A DNA stretch of 64,000 nt from Candidatus Altimarinota bacterium (GCA_039809385.1 JBDHUY010000010.1:1-64000); one strand, 5' to 3'. Counted from the first letter of the stretch, positions 29,453 to 40,125 are shown. Translations and numbers: made by a program. Notes: a model not told the origin generated them from the sequence alone.

Positions 29453-32400
29453 ATGGATCCGGAAAAAAATGTACAAACAACGGTCCGTTTATTTGTGCAA
29501 AACGTTTTCACGCCTGGGGAATCTCACCATACGCAGCATCAACGGATTGATTGGAAAAATGTTCCTGATGAAGAACTGAAAGCGATGATCAATCAGTATA
29601 TTGCTGATCATGGTCTTACTTCGGAGCAATGGCAAAGATCAAGTTGGCTTTTGGAGAATGGCCATCGTTCATTTTACAGGGCTATGTCCAAGTGGTTTGA
29701 AAAATGGGAGAAGTTTCTGGAGTTCATGGAAGTAGCACAATTTGACTGGCAAAAAATTCCCGAAGCTGAACTCAAAGCTGAGGTCGAGCAGTATATCAAG
29801 AATCATAATCTCTCGTATGAGCAATGGCAAAGTACAAAATGGCTTAGTAGAAAGGGCCATAATTCGTTCTATGAAGCTATGCGTCAACGTTTTCAGGGGT
29901 GGGAGAACTTTCTGGTATTCATGAGAGTGGTACAAAAGACTATTGATTGGAAGGGAGTCCCCGAAGCTGAACTCAAAGGTGAGATCGAGCGGTATATTAA
30001 GAATAATGATCTCTCGAATGAGCAGTGGCAAAATTCAAGGTGGCTTAGTAGAAAGGGCCATAATTCGTTCTATGAAGCTATGCGTCAACGTTTTCAGGGG
30101 TGGGAGAACTTTCTGGTATTCATGAGAGTGGTACAAAAGACTATTGATTGGAAGGGAGTCCCCGAAGCTGAGCTCAAAGCTGAGGTCGCGCAGTATATCA
30201 AGAATAATGATCTCTCGAACGAGCAGTGGCAAAATTCAAAGTGGCTTCATGAAAACGGCCATCAGTTATTCTATAAAGCTATGCGTATCCGCTTTCAGGG
30301 CTGGGAAAACTTTCTGGTCTTCATGGACATTACAAAATTTGACTGGCAAGAAGTTCCCGAAGCCGAACTCAAAGCTGAGATCAAGCGGTATATCAAGAAT
30401 CATGATCTCTCGAATGAGCAATGGCAAAATTCATATTGGCTTGGTAGAAACAGCCATAGCCCATTTTACCTAGCCATGCGTACCCGCTTTCAGGGCTGGG
30501 AAAACTTTCTGGTCTTCATGGACATTACAAAATTTGACTGGCAAGAAGTTCCCGAAGCCGAACTCAAAGCTGAGATCAAGCGGTATATCAAGAATCATGA
30601 TCTCTCGAATGAGCAATGGCAAAATTCATATTGGCTTGGTAGAAACAACCATCAGTTATTTTATAAAGCCATGTTTAAACGCTTTAAAGCATGGGAAACC
30701 TTTCTCAGGTTCATGGGGATTGTAATAAAAGAACAGATTCATTGGCAGATCATTCCTGAAAATCAACTGAAAGCAACTATCCAACAATATATTCATAACC
30801 ATAAACTGACACCGGAGCAATGGCAAAATTCATATTGGCTTCGGGGAAACAGTCATAACCCATTTTACATAGCCATGCGTACCCGCTTTCAGGGGTGGGA
30901 AAACTTTCTGACGTTCATGGCAGTCACTAGCAATCCTTTGCAGAAGCTCACACGGTCTTTGACTGAAGATCCGTCTTTGCCCGAAGACAAGCAGAGAATT
31001 GAAGAATACAAAAATATCGTATCCAGCCTGGGCGAGAATACTTTGTTGCAATTTGTTTTGGCTACGAACCCCGAGCTACAAGCAAAGGCAAAAGAGGTTC
31101 GGCTGACACTCAAAAAGTGGATTGGTACAACACAAACTGCAGTCTCTTCCGTTCCTCCTATTCCCAGTTTGCCCGAAGCCCTCTTTCTACTCCTTCCCGA
31201 AGCCCGAGAGCTCGCTTTCGTCCTGCTAAGAGAATCATACTTTTCCCATTTTGAAAAGAAAGGTGAAGATGGCCTGCTGGAACTTGAACAACGTGTCTCC
31301 GAGCAACCGACTCCAACGCATCGCAGCATCTATCAACGGGTATGGGACTACTATGTTGACATCCTCGGTACAGAACCGCCACCAAACATTCGGTTGTCTC
31401 CCAGCCTCCATCAAAAAATGGGTGCTCACGAAATCCAGACCAAAAAGCGGTTTCTCATCGCCGATGATGTGGGAACCGGAAAAACTTTGATCGCTATCAT
31501 GGCGAAAGAGCAAATCGAAGCACAACGCCGGAAAAAGTCTGTAGAGAAAAATGAACTCTATCGTCGCAAAAAAACACTGGTTTTATGTCCCAGCGAAATG
31601 GTCGAAACGTGGCACAAACGCTTGGGAGCCGGACAAGAAGGATACTTTCTACCCGACTCTAGCGATCTTCCCCATGTAGTCTGCGTCAACGGTTCAAAAG
31701 ATCCCGCAGTATTGGAAAAGGCCGATTATATTGTTATGAACTATGACAAACTCGACCCTCACACTCTGGAGACTCTCATGCGATTACAGGATCTCGACTA
31801 CCTGGTTTTGGACGAAGCGCATAATGTCAAAAACATCGACGGCAAATGGAGCCGGTACGTACGCCAACTCTCGCTCGAACACGCGAGCATCAAAGACGGC
31901 TATACCGTGATCCTCTCGGCCACACCGTTGCCCAACAAGATCCACGAAGACCTGCCGGTCATGCTGCAGATGCTCCAACCGGAAAAATATCCCGATCTCG
32001 CGTTCCTCAAAAAACAGATCAACAACAGTAACGGGATGCTCATCCGTTCGATCCTGATGCACTCGATGCTCAGACATACCCAAACAGAAGTGTTGCATAG
32101 TTTGCCGAATCTCATTGATCCTCTGGTGCAAGGAAACGGCGGTCTGATTCGCTATGACCTGACTCCGGCCGAAAAAGCCTTGTACCAGTCAGTTCAGGAG
32201 GACGAGCACCTGAGCGGACTACAAAAACTATCAAAGCTCAATCAAATCTGTCTGGATCCCTGCTTTGTCGATTCCTCTATCGCCGAATCTTCCAAATATC
32301 GGGAATTGTCTCAAGTATTGAGCCACGATCTTACTTACACCGATAACGTGGTGGTGTTTGTCTCTCATTTCCGGGACGGAATAACCCGCGATTTCAAAGA

Positions 32401-34042
32401 AGAAGAAAAAGAAGATATGCACCTCTTAGCGAAGTTGAAACGCGACCCCGATTTTGCCGGAGTAAATTTTTACCGCATCGACGGCAAAGCCGGGAAAAAC
32501 GGCGAGGGCAAAGAACTGTCCCGGGAAAATATTTTAAAAACGGTCAGAAATACTCCCCAGGGTACCAAAAACGTTATCCTGGCTACCATTGATACCGCGA
32601 GTGAAGGGATCGATATGACATTTGCCTCGCGGGTCATTTTCCCCAATTTGCCCTATACCAAAGCCGCGTATCATCAAGCCTTGGGGCGCTTGTATCGTCC
32701 CGGACAGACCGAGGATGTACATGCTTCGGTATTAGTAGCGAATAGTACCACCGAAGAAGGCAACTTCGTATATATCAAGACCAAAGATCTGCTGATCCAA
32801 GAGATACTGGACGGCAAGATCATTACGGATGAGGAATGGGAAGAAATTTCACGCGATTTCAAAACGAGCACCAATAGTTTGCTTTCGTTCATGACCAAGA
32901 CTGATCACCAGAAACTCCTGTGGCTGTGGGGGAACATGGCCGGACGCGGGGCCGAGAGTTTAAAAAACTTCTTTGAACGCTACGGCGGTCAGTATGCCAA
33001 AGAGTTTGTGCGGTTATATATGGAAACTTTTGAGACTTCCTATGGCGGCAGCAACTTTCGCTTTTTATGCCGCAATATTTTGGAACCACTCTTTCAGGAA
33101 CGAGCTGATCTTCAAAAAATCGCTGATCTGGGATCCGGCCCCTTGGCACTAGCTGCCTATCTTGGCCAGGCTCATCCGGATAAAGAGATCCATGCGCTTG
33201 ACTTGAACCGCTTTGCCATTGAGGCGGGCCAGAAAAATCTTGTCGACAAACAAATTCCGTTCAACGGCACCGCCGAAGTCGGCAGTTTTACCAAAACCAA
33301 TTTTGAGAATGGTAGCCAAGATATGGCGATCTGTTCCTTAGCCTTTCACGCCACCCATCATCCCAACCAAGCCAAAAAAAGTGAGGAATCGGAACGAGCT
33401 CAGGCACTGTTTGAGTTCCATCGTATCTTACGCCAAGGCGGCGTGCTCGTACTTCTCGAAAAAAAGAGCATCCTGCAGGATGAAGAGCTGATCCGCTTTG
33501 GCAATGAACTCAAAAACTTTGGATTCCGGATTATTCCGAACCTTACCGGACGGGGATACTGTGCGGATGCCGCCGAGAACGGCAGTACCAAGGAGTTTGA
33601 AAATATTTCGATCGTGTGCGAAAAAATAAGCGAGCCGGTTTTTGATAAGATTAATTTGACGCATCTGGCATTTACGAAAAAGACCAAGAAAGTTCCATCT
33701 GGCACAACTACCCAAGAGCTTCCAGTTGATCAGACGCCGAAAGAATACAAGCACCATCGATTTGAGATCAAACCGCTATTTGAGCAAGAACCAGCTGCTT
33801 CCGACAAAGAGCAACAGGAAAAAGAAAAACAACGAGCCGAACGAGAGCGTATTCACCAACTGCTTCTGACTAAAATTCAGATTCTCATTGTCAAGCAGAG
33901 TAGCTTGGAAAAAACGATTCACGAAATTCGCGAACTCGGCGGCAAAATCGTTAAAACCCGCAATAAATCGGGAAGTAAAGATTACCAGATCTGGTTTGAA
34001 CATACATATCTGGGCAATCTGGAAGTGCTGATAAAAAATTAG
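29453..34042 (+). CDS. Tandem-repeat + SNF2-family helicase + class I SAM methyltransferase fusion
   Basis: 7 N-terminal repeats; DDVGTGKT, LVLCP, DEAH, LSATP, SEGIDM, QALGRLYRPGQ; IADLGSGP..ALDLN..DMAICSLAFH; start could be 29342 or 29378. Confidence 0.88.
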   Translation: MDPEKNVQTTVRLFVQNVFTPGESHHTQHQRIDWKNVPDEELKAMINQYIADHGLTSEQWQRSSWLLENGHRSFYRAMSKWFEKWEKFLEFMEVAQFDWQKIPEAELKAEVEQYIKNHNLSYEQWQSTKWLSRKGHNSFYEAMRQRFQGWENFLVFMRVVQKTIDWKGVPEAELKGEIERYIKNNDLSNEQWQNSRWLSRKGHNSFYEAMRQRFQGWENFLVFMRVVQKTIDWKGVPEAELKAEVAQYIKNNDLSNEQWQNSKWLHENGHQLFYKAMRIRFQGWENFLVFMDITKFDWQEVPEAELKAEIKRYIKNHDLSNEQWQNSYWLGRNSHSPFYLAMRTRFQGWENFLVFMDITKFDWQEVPEAELKAEIKRYIKNHDLSNEQWQNSYWLGRNNHQLFYKAMFKRFKAWETFLRFMGIVIKEQIHWQIIPENQLKATIQQYIHNHKLTPEQWQNSYWLRGNSHNPFYIAMRTRFQGWENFLTFMAVTSNPLQKLTRSLTEDPSLPEDKQRIEEYKNIVSSLGENTLLQFVLATNPELQAKAKEVRLTLKKWIGTTQTAVSSVPPIPSLPEALFLLLPEARELAFVLLRESYFSHFEKKGEDGLLELEQRVSEQPTPTHRSIYQRVWDYYVDILGTEPPPNIRLSPSLHQKMGAHEIQTKKRFLIADDVGTGKTLIAIMAKEQIEAQRRKKSVEKNELYRRKKTLVLCPSEMVETWHKRLGAGQEGYFLPDSSDLPHVVCVNGSKDPAVLEKADYIVMNYDKLDPHTLETLMRLQDLDYLVLDEAHNVKNIDGKWSRYVRQLSLEHASIKDGYTVILSATPLPNKIHEDLPVMLQMLQPEKYPDLAFLKKQINNSNGMLIRSILMHSMLRHTQTEVLHSLPNLIDPLVQGNGGLIRYDLTPAEKALYQSVQEDEHLSGLQKLSKLNQICLDPCFVDSSIAESSKYRELSQVLSHDLTYTDNVVVFVSHFRDGITRDFKEEEKEDMHLLAKLKRDPDFAGVNFYRIDGKAGKNGEGKELSRENILKTVRNTPQGTKNVILATIDTASEGIDMTFASRVIFPNLPYTKAAYHQALGRLYRPGQTEDVHASVLVANSTTEEGNFVYIKTKDLLIQEILDGKIITDEEWEEISRDFKTSTNSLLSFMTKTDHQKLLWLWGNMAGRGAESLKNFFERYGGQYAKEFVRLYMETFETSYGGSNFRFLCRNILEPLFQERADLQKIADLGSGPLALAAYLGQAHPDKEIHALDLNRFAIEAGQKNLVDKQIPFNGTAEVGSFTKTNFENGSQDMAICSLAFHATHHPNQAKKSEESERAQALFEFHRILRQGGVLVLLEKKSILQDEELIRFGNELKNFGFRIIPNLTGRGYCADAAENGSTKEFENISIVCEKISEPVFDKINLTHLAFTKKTKKVPSGTTTQELPVDQTPKEYKHHRFEIKPLFEQEPAASDKEQQEKEKQRAERERIHQLLLTKIQILIVKQSSLEKTIHEIRELGGKIVKTRNKSGSKDYQIWFEHTYLGNLEVLIKN
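29546..30925 (+). repeat. Seven tandem coding repeats of 195-204 bp (65-68 aa)
   Basis: Consensus DWxxVPEAELKAEIxxYIKNxDLSNEQWQNSxWLxxxxHxxFYxAMRxRFQGWENFLxFM; near-identical DNA copies 201 and 195 bp apart. Confidence 0.92.
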
Positions 34043-34073
34043 CTGCCAATCTTATTTCATAAGCTATTTTGAT

Positions 34074-34595
34074 ATGGCAAAAAGAAAAGATGTCAATACT
34101 CCTTCATTTTCCTCTGGAGTGACCAATCATATTATTCCTAGGCAGTCAGATACAAAGGAGATTGGTTCATTACAAGAAAAGGTTCACAACGAAGTCTTGG
34201 CTGCGGTGGATTTTACCAAACCTGCCGAGGAAGTCGCCCGGCAACTAATTGGTAAGAAAATAAAAAGAGTGCTCCAAGACGGCACCACCATCGAAGCCCT
34301 TATTACCAAAGTCGTTGCTTACACCAAAGAAGATAACGAAAAAGGAAAATACAAAGCCATTCTCACAGGAGAGCCGGGAGATCTGATCGTTACTAACACG
34401 ATGGGACATCTGATTATGAATATCATTACCCAGGACAGCAGCTGCATAACCCTGCAGTCAATTCAACACAATGGCAAAGCGATCGAGGGTAAAGGGAAGG
34501 TGAGTAAAGCCTTAGAGATCAAAGGGATTGGGAAGGGGCAAAAAGTGACTGGCGTGAATGTAACGCATCCGGGTGCTGTATTGACCATTGAATAG
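34074..34595 (+). CDS. Divergent AAG/MPG 3-methyladenine DNA glycosylase-like protein, catalytic Glu apparently lost
   Basis: FTKPAEEVARQLIGKKIKR, ITKVVAY (canonical IVETEAY), GEPGDLIV..GHLIMNIIT, GKGKVSKALEI (canonical GPGKLCQALGI). Confidence 0.7.
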   Translation: MAKRKDVNTPSFSSGVTNHIIPRQSDTKEIGSLQEKVHNEVLAAVDFTKPAEEVARQLIGKKIKRVLQDGTTIEALITKVVAYTKEDNEKGKYKAILTGEPGDLIVTNTMGHLIMNIITQDSSCITLQSIQHNGKAIEGKGKVSKALEIKGIGKGQKVTGVNVTHPGAVLTIE

Positions 34596-34803
34596 TTGTT
34601 CCTCGAGGTGCTGTAAAATCAAAATTCCACGGCCATTGAGTCAGGAGTGAGAATTTTCCAGACAGGTTATTGCATTTGTTCTGGATTTTTCGAAGAGGTC
34701 TCTGATATGGTACGCATTTCCGTATCCATCCGAAGGTACCGGCAAATACCGCGGTACATATTTTCAGCAGTACCTCACGAGGTTTCCTGAAAAAGCTGAT
34801 TCA

Positions 34804-34812
34804 TGGTATAAT
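34804..34812 (+). promoter_or_regulatory. Extended -10 promoter element of the vWA gene
   Basis: TGGTATAAT ending 52 nt before ATG 34865. Confidence 0.5.
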
Positions 34813-34864
34813 ATAAAGATTTACAGAAATTGTCTGGACTTTTGCTCCTTCTATTAGCGTTACC

Positions 34865-37225
34865 ATGCCTCTTTCTTCCACGAATAATAGCCCACCGGAA
34901 CAATCCGAAAGCGGACCACTCAAAAAAAAAGTTTCCCTGAAGGATTTGATGGATCGCTACAAAGAAACACCGCTCGGAAATGTTTCACGCCGTTTCCAGG
35001 AGGAGTTTTTCACCCCCGCCGCCGCCGCGCTTTTTACTACCTTTGCCGGAGATACGTCGCTCCGTTTTGCAGTAGTGGCAGATGAACAGATCTCAACCGC
35101 CGCCATCAACCCCAAAACCGGCCAGGTAATGATCGGAAAATCGCTGGCACAGGCCTGCCTGGAGGGTGAAAGAAAGAATGACGTCACTTTTAATCATACC
35201 CTACTCAGATTTATCTTTGCCCATGAGATCGGCCATTATAAGGATCTGTGCCATGGAGGAGACAAGCCGATCGGATTCAGCCAGAAGCTCAAGCGGTTTC
35301 AGGAATGGAACGACCGGTTAAATCAAAAGATCTGGGATACCTGGGAAAACGACTTCGGCGCTTTTCACAAAGGCAAAGTCGAACGGGGCGAGAACCGTGC
35401 TTGTCCGCTCCATTTTCTCTATCATGAATTTTTCAACAAACTCGACGATACCCTGGTAAACCGCAGGGCTCAAAAAGGCTTTAAAAGTCTCCGGCCGGGA
35501 AGTTTCCAATTACCCGACTTTTATGAATATACGCTGTTTCAAAGCACCTCCTACAATCGGATGAATACCCCTCTGTGCGGCCAGCTGGGCAACTACCTGC
35601 TCCAAAAGATCGAGACCCCCCATCTGCAGATCGAAGTCGATCCGGAAGTACAGGCTGAACTGGAAGTACAGTACGACTTTAATGGCAAAAAACAGACACT
35701 CTTGCAGATACTGGCCTATCTATCCGATAAGTTTGACTCCCAATACGCCGCGATCCGCTATCCCGACAAGTATGAAAAATATTTTCTGCCCGCGTTTGAG
35801 CGGCTCCTAAAAAAAGACCGTGAATTTAATGAACGGCTGCAGGACTTTATGGAACAACTGGAGAAACAGCAAGATCAGAATGGAGAGCAACCTCAATCGG
35901 GCCAGGGTCCCGCAGGATCCCCTAATCCCTTTTCGCGCCGCTCACAGGAGATTGCGGATAAAGCGCGCGAGGCCGAGAAAAACGATCAGGGCAGAATCAA
36001 AGACCGGCAGGCAAAAAATAAAGAAGAAAGTAAAAGCGATCAGCAAAAAGCCGAGGATCAGATGAGAAAGCAGGCCGCTTCGTTTGCCGGAGAACGAAGT
36101 CTGCCCCTGGAAAAGACACAGCGGTATTTTGAACTCAGAGCCGAGTTTGAACCCGAGATCGAAGAATTGTCCGATTTTATCGTGCATATTCTGCTGCGAA
36201 ATAAAACTACTGCCGTCTCAATTCTGGAAAAACGACAGAAGTCAGGCAACCTGCTAGTGAAAAACCTGATCAAAAAATACGCCGGCATTATCAGTGGGGA
36301 CAAAGAAGCCACCCGGGTATTTGAACGCAAGATCACGACCGATACCTATCGACCGCGTAACATCGGCATGATGTTTCGGATGGTGATCGACAACTCCGGC
36401 AGTATGCGTACGCTAATGCCCGAGCTGGAAGGAGTTTTTGTCATCATCACGCACGCCATCCGGCGCGCCCAGCAGATGCTGATCCAGACATACCACTTAC
36501 CGGAAGTACGTTTGCAATCCCAGATGATCTTATTTGGAAACGCCCGGCAGGAAGGGGATCCCCATTCCGGAGCCCGTCTGATCAAGCCCGGGAGCTCTCC
36601 CGATCAGGAGGAGGGAGATTTTGACGCAGAGCTGATCCAAGCGCTCGGACATATTACCTGCAATGAAGGTACCGAGGACAGCGATGCCTGGAAACTGATC
36701 GGTGAAGAATTATTTGATCCGGGGGAAGTAGAGGTCGAAGGGGACAATGAATCGATTTCGGCTAGTCTGGAAGTGACCGACGGCTTTACTGAGCATCCGG
36801 AAAGAACTCGGCTGTATTTGGAAACCATTCAAGAGTTGGGAATTCATCCCCGCTGTGCCTATATCGAAAACAACCAGCCGCTGGATCAATCTTTATCCGA
36901 CCGCACCCGGAGTATTCGTGAGGAGATGGCCTCTGCCTATCAGAATCCCGCGCGCATGCAAGAACTCCAGGAGCAGCTTCGCAGCGTCGAGCAACAATGG
37001 TATCTGCAAAACGAGCAATTGCTTGAAAACAATCCGTCTACAGAAGTGTGGGGTGATAGAATGTCGATCATGAAAGATACCCGCGATATTCTTCCCCTGG
37101 TGGAAATCATGCTGATGGAGGCAGTAAACCAGGTCGACGAGCAACTTGAACAAAATCAGCATTTTTCGCTAACCGGGCATTTCACAGAGAAGGCTCTACA
37201 AAGAGGAAAGGATGCTGCGAATTAA
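34865..37225 (+). CDS. HEXXH metallopeptidase-like + vWA (MIDAS) domain protein
   Basis: FAHEIGH, FNKLDDTLVN, Q/E-rich linker, VIDNSGSM (DxSxS), EGTED and VTDG. Confidence 0.85.
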   Translation: MPLSSTNNSPPEQSESGPLKKKVSLKDLMDRYKETPLGNVSRRFQEEFFTPAAAALFTTFAGDTSLRFAVVADEQISTAAINPKTGQVMIGKSLAQACLEGERKNDVTFNHTLLRFIFAHEIGHYKDLCHGGDKPIGFSQKLKRFQEWNDRLNQKIWDTWENDFGAFHKGKVERGENRACPLHFLYHEFFNKLDDTLVNRRAQKGFKSLRPGSFQLPDFYEYTLFQSTSYNRMNTPLCGQLGNYLLQKIETPHLQIEVDPEVQAELEVQYDFNGKKQTLLQILAYLSDKFDSQYAAIRYPDKYEKYFLPAFERLLKKDREFNERLQDFMEQLEKQQDQNGEQPQSGQGPAGSPNPFSRRSQEIADKAREAEKNDQGRIKDRQAKNKEESKSDQQKAEDQMRKQAASFAGERSLPLEKTQRYFELRAEFEPEIEELSDFIVHILLRNKTTAVSILEKRQKSGNLLVKNLIKKYAGIISGDKEATRVFERKITTDTYRPRNIGMMFRMVIDNSGSMRTLMPELEGVFVIITHAIRRAQQMLIQTYHLPEVRLQSQMILFGNARQEGDPHSGARLIKPGSSPDQEEGDFDAELIQALGHITCNEGTEDSDAWKLIGEELFDPGEVEVEGDNESISASLEVTDGFTEHPERTRLYLETIQELGIHPRCAYIENNQPLDQSLSDRTRSIREEMASAYQNPARMQELQEQLRSVEQQWYLQNEQLLENNPSTEVWGDRMSIMKDTRDILPLVEIMLMEAVNQVDEQLEQNQHFSLTGHFTEKALQRGKDAAN

Positions 37226-37384
37226 GATACGAGCCTCACATAGAATGAACAACAAATATAGCGGCTATATTAGCAAGATATAAAACTATGGAAGGACTTA
37301 TAAAAAAGCCGAAAATACGGTATAATAGGAAGAATTATTAAAAACCAACTTTCGATCATTTATCTTTCCCTAACCTTTCTCAGT

Positions 37385-40084
37385 ATGCAAACAAACACAA
37401 ACAGCAACCAGGGCGCCGAACTGATACGTGAAAATACCAGCCGTCTCCTGTCGGGACGCAAACGCGTACTGGAGCTGGCCCGGCAACTGATCGCCGGACT
37501 CACCCGCAGTGAACTGTCGGACATAATGCCGGAGATTATTAAATCCCAGACGGCAAAAGACTTCTATGAGGAATTTGGTCTGGAAAGAGCCGCGGGAACG
37601 GAAGAAGAAATGATATTCGGCGACCTCAAGGAAGAATTGGAAGTGCTCGAAACGATGGGATTTGCCGACGGAAGCCTGTTTGATCTGCAGGAAGCGGAGG
37701 AACCGGTGGATGTCGCCGCAGAAGGTGCAGTGAAAGGGCTAAATTTTAAACACTCCCAGCAATTGGACTCCCGGCTTCATCAGAGTCTGATCAAGATGGC
37801 CCGTCTGGAACGAAAAAAGAAAAAAAGCGGGTCCGAACAGAACTACCTGAATCAGCAACAAATCCCTGAACCGAGCGATATACTAAAAAGTACTGAGCCG
37901 GGGTCAGAAACCCCCGAAATATCTGTCAAACGGGCCAGTATCCGGGACAAAATGAAGACAGCGTTACAACAAAGAAAATATGACTCACCTCAGCGTTCCA
38001 GCATTTCGCCTGCCAGTCAGCGCGCCGTACGGGGAATAGACGAATATCGCGAAACAGACAGAAAGATCCGCGAAGCGGTCGATGAGAACTATTTCGACTG
38101 GATGGCCCATTATATGTTGAAACTAAACGGCCTGAGAAAAAGTCTCGCCAAGAGCGGAAAACTGGTCCTCACTCCCTATGTGGAACGGATCATCGAGGAA
38201 GTACGGGACAGTGAGACCGCCACGGGCAAGATCGCCTGCCTGAAAGGCGATCTGGGAGCCGGAAAAACCGAGATCGCTCTCCATGTCGGACGGGAACAGA
38301 ACCGGAAAAATCTCCCTGCGATCAAGGAGAAGCTCGAACAAAACGGCTATACGATTCTCTCATCTTCGGATCTGAAAAAAGAGCTCGGCCAGCTGGAAGG
38401 TTCAAGGCGGGAAGAGATGGTCCGCGAGTTTGTACAAAAAGAAGGGAGCCGTATTTCCTCAATCCGAAATCTGAAGCAAAGTGAAGCCGAAAGTTATGTT
38501 CTGAACGATCCTGAACTTTTATTTCAGGCTTTTCAAAAACATACATTCAAAAATGAAAAGGTCATTGACGAGCAAACCGCCATCGAGCCAATTTTGCTCT
38601 CGGGACACAAAGAGTTTGATCCGGCCGAAATGATCGGCGGCTTCGAAATTCAGCACGAAGAACTGGATCTGAGAAAAGTTACCGAAGTCTACCGGGAAGG
38701 ACTCAGAACAATCGAAGCGATACCAGGATTGGATGAGCATACGAAAAAAGAATTACAGGATCTGGCCAAAAGCAAGATTGCGAATCTGGGAGGAGTAGAG
38801 ACTCACGCCTATCTGGGCAAACTATTTCAGGCCATGCAGATGGGAAAAACACTGATCATCGACGAGTTCAATGCCATTCCGCACGAAATACTGATCATTC
38901 TCAACTTTTACATGACCCGCCGGCCCGGCGACGTGATCCAGCCACCCATTAATAATCTCCCTCCCTTCAAAGTGCAGGAAGGATTCAAGATCATTTTCAC
39001 CGGCAATATTCCCAAAGAAGGCCAGACCGGCTATGTCGGACGCCAGGCCTTGGATGCGGCCTTCCGCAATCGCTTGAACGAGATCGAAGTAGATTATCTG
39101 CCCAATTCCCGCGATGACGATATATTTGTGAACGCGAAAGGAGAATTCGATCTTCCCAGAGAATTTCTGCCGGGTACCGACACCGGAACAAAAACTATTG
39201 AAGAAGCAAAAAGCGAATATCTTTCGTCACTGAACAACGAATATCGAGCCACGATCCGTCACGGTGGAAAGCTGGAACTGGCCGAAGGAGGTGAGAAAAA
39301 AGTGGAAGGAAAGGAAAACGACGAATTGTTTCAGGTTCTGGTGACCTTCGGACTGCCCAAAAGTCTGGTCGGACGACTGCCAGAGAATTATTTTGCCAAA
39401 GTCTACCAGCTGGCCCGCATTGCCCGGATCATCCAGGATGCCTATTCGGGACAACTCGTCGATGAAAAGTATTACAAGGCTGTGGGGAAAAAACCGCAGA
39501 GTTTTTTGAAACGCGGGATTGCCTCGATGCGCGATCTGACAACGATTATTCGAGCCTGGAAAGTGGACGGGTACTCACGGGAGCTCGACTATTATGTATG
39601 GAAATACTTTATCCAAAATCTGGAAGGGACAGAACAGGCCTGGATCTACGGTTTGTTCAAAGAATTCGGCGGTTTTTTTGACGACAACAATGTCTTTCCA
39701 CAGCAGGAAAAAGATATTCACCAGCTCCGGCTGGTCGGACGCATCATTACCGACCAACAAGTTCCGGATCAGAAACCAAAGCTAAAAACGTTCAGCCAAC
39801 AGGAGGTTTTAGAAAATTTGTTTGGTCTGGCGCCGCTGCCAAAAGAGGATGAGCAGCAGATAATTCAAAGCGTGGAAGTGAGGGGTGAAGACCTGGAAAC
39901 ACAGAAACAGGAGTTGCTGGACAAGATCGATACCCTCGCAGTGTCGCTTCAGATTTTCATCGACAGGTTTGTGGTAAACGTCATGATGTCCAACTGCAAG
40001 GATCATTGCGATATAGGAGCGCTGAAAGGTATGCTGAGCGAAACGGCACTATCGAATCTGCGCAACCGTGAATCAACAATGTGA
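37385..40084 (+). CDS. MoxR/dynein-like AAA+ ATPase with long helical inserts
   Basis: Walker A GDLGAGKT, Walker B LIIDEFN, IIFTGN (sensor 1), RQALDAAFRNR (Arg finger) and SMRDL (sensor 2). Confidence 0.88.
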   Translation: MQTNTNSNQGAELIRENTSRLLSGRKRVLELARQLIAGLTRSELSDIMPEIIKSQTAKDFYEEFGLERAAGTEEEMIFGDLKEELEVLETMGFADGSLFDLQEAEEPVDVAAEGAVKGLNFKHSQQLDSRLHQSLIKMARLERKKKKSGSEQNYLNQQQIPEPSDILKSTEPGSETPEISVKRASIRDKMKTALQQRKYDSPQRSSISPASQRAVRGIDEYRETDRKIREAVDENYFDWMAHYMLKLNGLRKSLAKSGKLVLTPYVERIIEEVRDSETATGKIACLKGDLGAGKTEIALHVGREQNRKNLPAIKEKLEQNGYTILSSSDLKKELGQLEGSRREEMVREFVQKEGSRISSIRNLKQSEAESYVLNDPELLFQAFQKHTFKNEKVIDEQTAIEPILLSGHKEFDPAEMIGGFEIQHEELDLRKVTEVYREGLRTIEAIPGLDEHTKKELQDLAKSKIANLGGVETHAYLGKLFQAMQMGKTLIIDEFNAIPHEILIILNFYMTRRPGDVIQPPINNLPPFKVQEGFKIIFTGNIPKEGQTGYVGRQALDAAFRNRLNEIEVDYLPNSRDDDIFVNAKGEFDLPREFLPGTDTGTKTIEEAKSEYLSSLNNEYRATIRHGGKLELAEGGEKKVEGKENDELFQVLVTFGLPKSLVGRLPENYFAKVYQLARIARIIQDAYSGQLVDEKYYKAVGKKPQSFLKRGIASMRDLTTIIRAWKVDGYSRELDYYVWKYFIQNLEGTEQAWIYGLFKEFGGFFDDNNVFPQQEKDIHQLRLVGRIITDQQVPDQKPKLKTFSQQEVLENLFGLAPLPKEDEQQIIQSVEVRGEDLETQKQELLDKIDTLAVSLQIFIDRFVVNVMMSNCKDHCDIGALKGMLSETALSNLRNRESTM

Positions 40085-40125
40085 CACAAAAAAATGTCAG
40101 ATTTTAATTGGTATGTATCACTCCC

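Noticed and set aside
37385-40084. STAND/NACHT (NLR-type) NTPase
   Set aside because: The motifs DEFN, TGN and LDAAFRNR indicate the MoxR/dynein AAA+ clade
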